Origin: an uncultured Azospirillum sp.
GTDB lineage: Bacteria > Pseudomonadota > Alphaproteobacteria > RF32 > CAG-239
DNA length: 42,630 nucleotides
Direction of reading: 5' to 3'
NCBI GenBank assembly: GCA_946623145.1
Contig: CAMOQT010000003.1
Coordinates: 1-42,630, forward strand
Shown in pieces: positions 37,872 through 42,630 of this stretch. Position numbers and translations under genes: made by a program. The notes under the pieces are model-generated. The model saw only the letters and a list, made by a program, of their open reading frames with translations, had not been told where the DNA came from and did no database searches. Every line of letters begins with the position of its first letter. Positions within the stretch are counted from its first letter, which is position 1.

Positions 37872-38603
37872 CTATCCTTTACGCCAACCGATGATTATTA
37901 TGTTTAACCAAAGAGAGAAAAAGATGATTCCTCCAAAATAAACAATTGTTTCTATTCCCATTTGCCCTTGTATCATCTGCTGATAGTATTCGCTAAAATT
38001 CAGGACACCATCCAATCTCGATTTCAGCATCGGAAATAGATTTTTGAAATAATAAAGAATCGCGTTAAAATTGACATTTTGCCAAACCCATCCGCCCAGA
38101 ACCGTCGTTAAATATGCAATAATAACATTGCTATTGCACGCAGAAATCAAGCACCCTAATGCGCAAAATGCCCCCATAACTATAATTTCAGCGATATATG
38201 CCGCACAAACATTTTCGAGATCTAACGGAATTAAAAAATTGCTATATACAGCAAAAGGTATCGTCATCAATAACATTAAAACAGAAAAAGACCATGCCGC
38301 CAAAAATTTACCAAGCACTAATTTTTTATAACTAACAGGTTGGGTAAGTAAAAACTCAAGCGTTCCATATCTTTTTTCTTCTGCCCAAACTTTCATTGTA
38401 ACTGCTGGTAATAAAATATTTAAGATATTCGGCTGATAAATAAAAAATGAAATAAGATTTCTATTATTATACTCAAAAAAATAAGCGGAATAAAAAACAG
38501 CCCCCATTGATATAAGCAGATATACACCCAATAAAATATAGGCCATATAACTTTTGAAATATCCGTGTATTTCTTTTGATGCAATTGTTAAAACAACACT
38601 CAT
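37872..38603 (-). CDS. GldF-like ABC-2 permease
   Basis: PAVTMKVWAEEKRYGTLEFLLTQP and LVLGKFLA. Confidence 0.9.
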   Translation of the reverse strand: MSVVLTIASKEIHGYFKSYMAYILLGVYLLISMGAVFYSAYFFEYNNRNLISFFIYQPNILNILLPAVTMKVWAEEKRYGTLEFLLTQPVSYKKLVLGKFLAAWSFSVLMLLMTIPFAVYSNFLIPLDLENVCAAYIAEIIVMGAFCALGCLISACNSNVIIAYLTTVLGGWVWQNVNFNAILYYFKNLFPMLKSRLDGVLNFSEYYQQMIQGQMGIETIVYFGGIIFFSLWLNIIIIGWRKG

Positions 38604-39319
38604 TGCATATCTCCTTTTGTCAGCAGGCGGAATGCAGTATCAAGGTTATTATCCGGAGCTGCTTTCTTTAGTTCTTCAGGAACGCCGTCCCAAACCAATT
38701 TTCCTTTATTTATCAGTATTACTCTGTCGGCAATAGCTTCTACTTCTTCCATAATGTGGCTTGAAATAATAACTAAACGGTCTTTTGCGTATTCTTTAAT
38801 AAATTGATGAATTTCATGTTTTTGGTTAGGATCAAGACCTTCTGTCGGTTCATCTAAGATTAGAATCTCAGGATTGTGAATTAAAGCTCCAGCAATTCCT
38901 ACTCTGCGACGAAACCCTTTTGATAAGGTGTCTATTTTTTGTGTTAAAACTTCTGTTAATTGTAATTTATCCACAACAACTCTTAAGTGTTGGTCAAATT
39001 CATCTCCGTTCATTTGCCACAAGCCGGCAACATATTTAACATACTCATAAACATTCATTTCAGGATAAAGCGGGCTGTTTTCCGGAACATATCCCATATA
39101 TAAAAGCGAGCTTCTATCAACTTGGACATCTTTTCCCTCAATCAAAACCTCTCCCGTTGTCGGTTTTATATATCCGCTTAAAAGCTTTATGAGCGTACTT
39201 TTCCCTGCGCCGTTCGGACCCACCAAAAATACAATTTCATCTTTGGGTAGAATCATACTTATATCTTGCAATGCTTTGATTGTTTTATATGTCTTTGAAA
39301 GATGTTTAATTTCTATCAT
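38600..39319 (-). CDS. GldA-like ABC ATP-binding protein
   Basis: GPNGAGKST, LSKGFRRRV, LDEPTEGLDP. Confidence 0.92.
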   Translation of the reverse strand: MIEIKHLSKTYKTIKALQDISMILPKDEIVFLVGPNGAGKSTLIKLLSGYIKPTTGEVLIEGKDVQVDRSSLLYMGYVPENSPLYPEMNVYEYVKYVAGLWQMNGDEFDQHLRVVVDKLQLTEVLTQKIDTLSKGFRRRVGIAGALIHNPEILILDEPTEGLDPNQKHEIHQFIKEYAKDRLVIISSHIMEEVEAIADRVILINKGKLVWDGVPEELKKAAPDNNLDTAFRLLTKGDMQ

Positions 39320-39467
39320 ATTTTTGCCTTATTTATAAGTTTATGCTTTTTAGTTTAACAGGACTTTCTTAAATTTTCACAAATATTTTTATTTTATAAT
39401 TTGTGGATGACAAACGCATAAATTTAGTCTATGTATATAATGATTATAAATTCGCGGAGATATAAAA

Positions 39468-39992
39468 GTGGAAGAGACTTATACAAAGGAAGAAGCAAAA
39501 TCTCTTAAAGTGGGAATCGCTATTGCACTTGTTGTTGCAGCTATTTTTGCATTTAATTATTCAACTAAAGCAAAGATTGAGCACGCGGATGACAGCGTTT
39601 ATTATCCTTTACATGCGCGCTTTGGTCGCACGGATGGTTTAATGCTCGGGGATGCCGTTCGCTTATCCGGCGTTGATGTCGGTCGTGTCGTTGATGCTCG
39701 CTTAGATGAGCATTTTAATGCTGTTTTGACATTGGATATTAAAGAAGGCATTCAAATTCCTACAGACAGCAGTGCTGCCATTGTCAGTTCGGGTATTATG
39801 AGTGGAAAATATATTGAAATTGAGCCCGGCGGAGATGAAGAATATTTAAAGGCAAATGACGAATTTGCCTATACTCAAGATGCTATGGTCATTGAAGAAC
39901 TTATCGACAGAATTATTAGTATCGGCAAGGCAAACAGATCAAAAAGTCAAGTTAAAAAAATTGAAAAAGCTGAACAAGAATTTATGAATTAA
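39468..39992 (+). CDS. mlaD: MCE-domain protein MlaD (copy 1)
   Basis: N-terminal TM; GL..GD.V.LSGV.VG.V; YIEIEPGG. Confidence 0.85.
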   Translation: MEETYTKEEAKSLKVGIAIALVVAAIFAFNYSTKAKIEHADDSVYYPLHARFGRTDGLMLGDAVRLSGVDVGRVVDARLDEHFNAVLTLDIKEGIQIPTDSSAAIVSSGIMSGKYIEIEPGGDEEYLKANDEFAYTQDAMVIEELIDRIISIGKANRSKSQVKKIEKAEQEFMN

Positions 39993-40003
39993 AGGAGAGT
40001 ATT

Positions 40004-40462
40004 ATGAATAAAAAACCTGTTGAAACTATTATGGGCATTATCGTTATTTTGATTGCTGCTTTATTCTTGTTCTTTGCTTATCGTGTTTCTGATTTGCAAG
40101 TTGTTAAAGGATACACTGTTTCAGCTCATTTCTTAAAGGTTGGCGGATTAACTATTGGTTCTGATGTTCGAATTAATGGTATTAAAGTCGGTACAGTTGT
40201 CAGTCAAAAATTGAATCCGGAAGATTATGTTGCTGAGATTAAAATGAGCTTAGCACCTGATTTAAAACTTCCTAAAGACAGTGTCGCTGTTATTGCCAGT
40301 TCCGGATTGATGGGAAATAAATTTATTAAAATCGAACCAGGACAAAGTAAAGAAATTTTGGCTGACGGCGATGAAATTACTCATACAAAAGACTTTAAGA
40401 CTTTAGAAGATATGGTCGGTGAAATTATTTTTATGGTGACCGATAATGGGGATAAAAAATAG
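40004..40462 (+). CDS. mlaD: MCE-domain protein MlaD (copy 2)
   Basis: GGL.IGSDV.INGIKVG.V and GLMGNKFI.IEPG. Confidence 0.9.
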   Translation: MNKKPVETIMGIIVILIAALFLFFAYRVSDLQVVKGYTVSAHFLKVGGLTIGSDVRINGIKVGTVVSQKLNPEDYVAEIKMSLAPDLKLPKDSVAVIASSGLMGNKFIKIEPGQSKEILADGDEITHTKDFKTLEDMVGEIIFMVTDNGDKK

Positions 40463-41345
40463 TCTGAAAAAGTTAAGTTCTGTTGGTTTATATTTGGCAT
40501 CCGCATCTATTGCCAACGCTGCTAATTTGCCTATGAACACGGCACAAATGCAGGCTTTAGATAAAATAACTGGACAAATGAGTGTTATTGAAGTTCCGGT
40601 TAACGGAGAGGTTAAGTTTGGAAGTTTTTCAGTCGTCGTGCGTGACTGCCAATCAACACCTCCTGAAGAAGTTCCTGAAAACTATGCCTTTATTGATGTT
40701 GCTGACACCGATAGAGATGGTCATGTTTTTAATATTTTTAAGGGCTGGATGGTATCTTCTTCGCCCTCTCTTAACTCTGTTGAACACCCGATTTATGATG
40801 TCTGGTTATTAAAGTGCCATAATACAAAAATAGATACAGCAAAGCTTTTGTCCTCTCAACAATTAGCTGAGCGTGATAATCTGGAAAAATTCAAAGCACA
40901 AGATTTATCAAAAGAAGCAAAAATAGCTATTCAGGCTGCTGAACAGCAGGCTAAACAAGAGGAAGAGGCTAAAGCCGCTTTAGAAGAACAAGATAAAAAG
41001 AAAGAAGAAGAAAAGGAATTACACGCTCGTCAATTGGAAATAGAGAAAGAAATTCAAAATTCAGAACAGCAGGCGATTATTGACAGTTCTGATACTGATG
41101 GAGAAGGACCTGTTTCACTCTTGAATATCGGACAAAAAGAGTTTGATGAGCCTTCAAAAAATTCTTCGGCAACAGAACTTATGACAGAGCCTCAGAATCT
41201 TTCTCAGCCTTCTGCTGCAGTTGTAACAGATGTAACGGATGGTTTAGTGGTAATTGAAGATACACACCATGAAACTATTGACCAACCGCTTGATATCCCT
41301 GCTGATGTTGAAGAAATTTTGCCGCAAACACAATCTCAGGAATAA
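40446..41345 (+). CDS. DUF2155 protein with long acidic/coiled C-terminal extension
   Basis: LDKITG and FKGWMVSSSPSLNSVEHPIYDVWL. Confidence 0.85.
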   Translation: MGIKNSLKKLSSVGLYLASASIANAANLPMNTAQMQALDKITGQMSVIEVPVNGEVKFGSFSVVVRDCQSTPPEEVPENYAFIDVADTDRDGHVFNIFKGWMVSSSPSLNSVEHPIYDVWLLKCHNTKIDTAKLLSSQQLAERDNLEKFKAQDLSKEAKIAIQAAEQQAKQEEEAKAALEEQDKKKEEEKELHARQLEIEKEIQNSEQQAIIDSSDTDGEGPVSLLNIGQKEFDEPSKNSSATELMTEPQNLSQPSAAVVTDVTDGLVVIEDTHHETIDQPLDIPADVEEILPQTQSQE

Positions 41346-41349
41346 ATAT

Positions 41350-42276
41350 ATGAGCTCTCAAGATATTGATGTCAGTTTTGTTATGACTGTCTATAATAAG
41401 GAATATTATTTACCTTCTGTTTTGAAGGCTTTGCTTAATCAAAGCGGTGTAAAGAATCCGGAATATATTTTCGTAGATGATGTTTCTTCTGATCGTTCAA
41501 TTGAGATTATTCGTGAGGCCACTAAAGGGGTACCTAACGTTCAAATCGTTGTTAATGAGAAAAATCAAGGTATCAGCCGCAATACAAATAAAGCTATTGC
41601 TTTGGCTCATGGTGAATATACGCGATTGCTAGATTCCGATGATATTTTTCCGCTTGATTCAACCGAAATTTTGCTTGATTTAGCGAAATCTAATCATGCT
41701 GATATGGTTTATGGCTGTTTTACAAAAACAGGAGAAGAGCCTGAAGAATTAACGAATCGCAAGACCGGAGATTTTACCTATAAATATTATCCTGATGCTT
41801 TAGACGGAGTTTTGCATAATCGGTTTATTCGGATGGGACAGCTGATTAAAACATCGGTTTTACAGACTTCCGGTGGAGCTGATGAGCGTGTTTTCATTCA
41901 GGACGAATCTTTACCGTTGCGGGTTGCTATGAAGGCTCAGGGAGCTATTAAAATGTCCGCGAATGTAGTTTTGGTTCCTAAGGAAAAGGGAAATTTTTCA
42001 GGCAATAAACTGCAACTTGATAATGACCGCTTTATGGCTTACTATTTCGCTCTTGCCGATAATAAGGATACTCTCCCAAAAGATAAAAAGGCTTTGATGT
42101 ATAAAAGAGCCGTTTCTGCTTATTGGAAAATGGTTAAGAAGACGCACAAGTTTCCGTATCTTCATTGGGGATTTGGTAAATATCTTTATGTTCGATTGTT
42201 TAAACCGCAACCGCACTTTTATACTTTACAAAAAATGTATGGGCGGTTTATGGGGCTTGAGAATATTCGCCGCTAA
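41350..42276 (+). CDS. Glycosyltransferase family 2
   Basis: TVYNKE, FVDDVSSD, LDSDD. Start moved to ATG 41350. Confidence 0.9.
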   Translation: MSSQDIDVSFVMTVYNKEYYLPSVLKALLNQSGVKNPEYIFVDDVSSDRSIEIIREATKGVPNVQIVVNEKNQGISRNTNKAIALAHGEYTRLLDSDDIFPLDSTEILLDLAKSNHADMVYGCFTKTGEEPEELTNRKTGDFTYKYYPDALDGVLHNRFIRMGQLIKTSVLQTSGGADERVFIQDESLPLRVAMKAQGAIKMSANVVLVPKEKGNFSGNKLQLDNDRFMAYYFALADNKDTLPKDKKALMYKRAVSAYWKMVKKTHKFPYLHWGFGKYLYVRLFKPQPHFYTLQKMYGRFMGLENIRR

Positions 42277-42277
42277 T

Positions 42278-42630
42278 CTAGCGTCTATCGAACAGTTTTT
42301 CGATTTCTTTGAGACTGAGTTTAACATAAGTCGGGCGACCATGGTTGCATTGTCCGGAATGTTCGGTTTGCTCCATTTCTCGCAAGAGGTGATTCATTTC
42401 ATCAATATTTAAGGCTCTTCCGGCACGAACCGAGCCATGACAAGCCATAGTGGCGCAGACTAAATGCATCTTTTTCTCTAAAGTAAAGCCTTTTCCCCAT
42501 TCGGTCATTTCTTCAGCTAAATCATGAATTAAAGTCTGTACCTCGCAGTTTTTCAATAAAGCAGGTATTTCTCGCACTAAAACAGCAGCTGTTCCGAATT
42601 CTTCTATCTCTAATCCTAATTTTGAAAGTT
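42278..42630 (-). CDS. mutL: DNA mismatch repair protein MutL, C-terminal part (5' end outside the window)
   Basis: [33 protein letters not shown]. Confidence 0.93.
   Translation of the reverse strand, partial: LSKLGLEIEEFGTAAVLVREIPALLKNCEVQTLIHDLAEEMTEWGKGFTLEKKMHLVCATMACHGSVRAGRALNIDEMNHLLREMEQTEHSGQCNHGRPTYVKLSLKEIEKLFDRR

Noticed and set aside
1-42630. CRISPR array or DNA uptake sequences
   Set aside because: No regularly spaced repeats, and the terminator stems share no common core motif despite comF being present. Checked by eye only.

Overview
AT-rich chromosomal window. The gene set (XRE regulator type, tandem mlaD-DUF2155, yajC-secD-secF, suf) points to an alphaproteobacterium, possibly a host-associated anaerobe (inference). 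Core genes: split class III ribonucleotide reductase with tandem NrdR boxes, sufBCDS-T-E, sucCD-like pair, comF, glgX, secDF/yajC, gpsA, mutT, mlaD x2, mutL (partial), tRNA-Ser(TGA). Accessory or odd genes: TolC-like lipoprotein with an Ig-like domain, orphan VirB8, PilM-like plus large PilV-like type IVb pilin, GldAFG-like ABC system, membrane-anchored Memo-AMMECR1 fusion, sensorless histidine kinase. Best leads: (1) an intact SucCD pair whose catalytic motifs are all altered, including the phospho-His to Tyr, while the CoA-binding domain is kept; (2) a ~180-nt multi-stem leader with a terminator and alternative SD/anti-SD pairing upstream of an XRE gene inserted in the suf operon; (3) the NrdD glycyl-radical domain encoded as a separate small protein; (4) scattered secretion/pilus parts with no mobile-element context; (5) a 146-bp MITE-like element after the tRNA. 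All calls come from motif recognition by eye; no searches were run.
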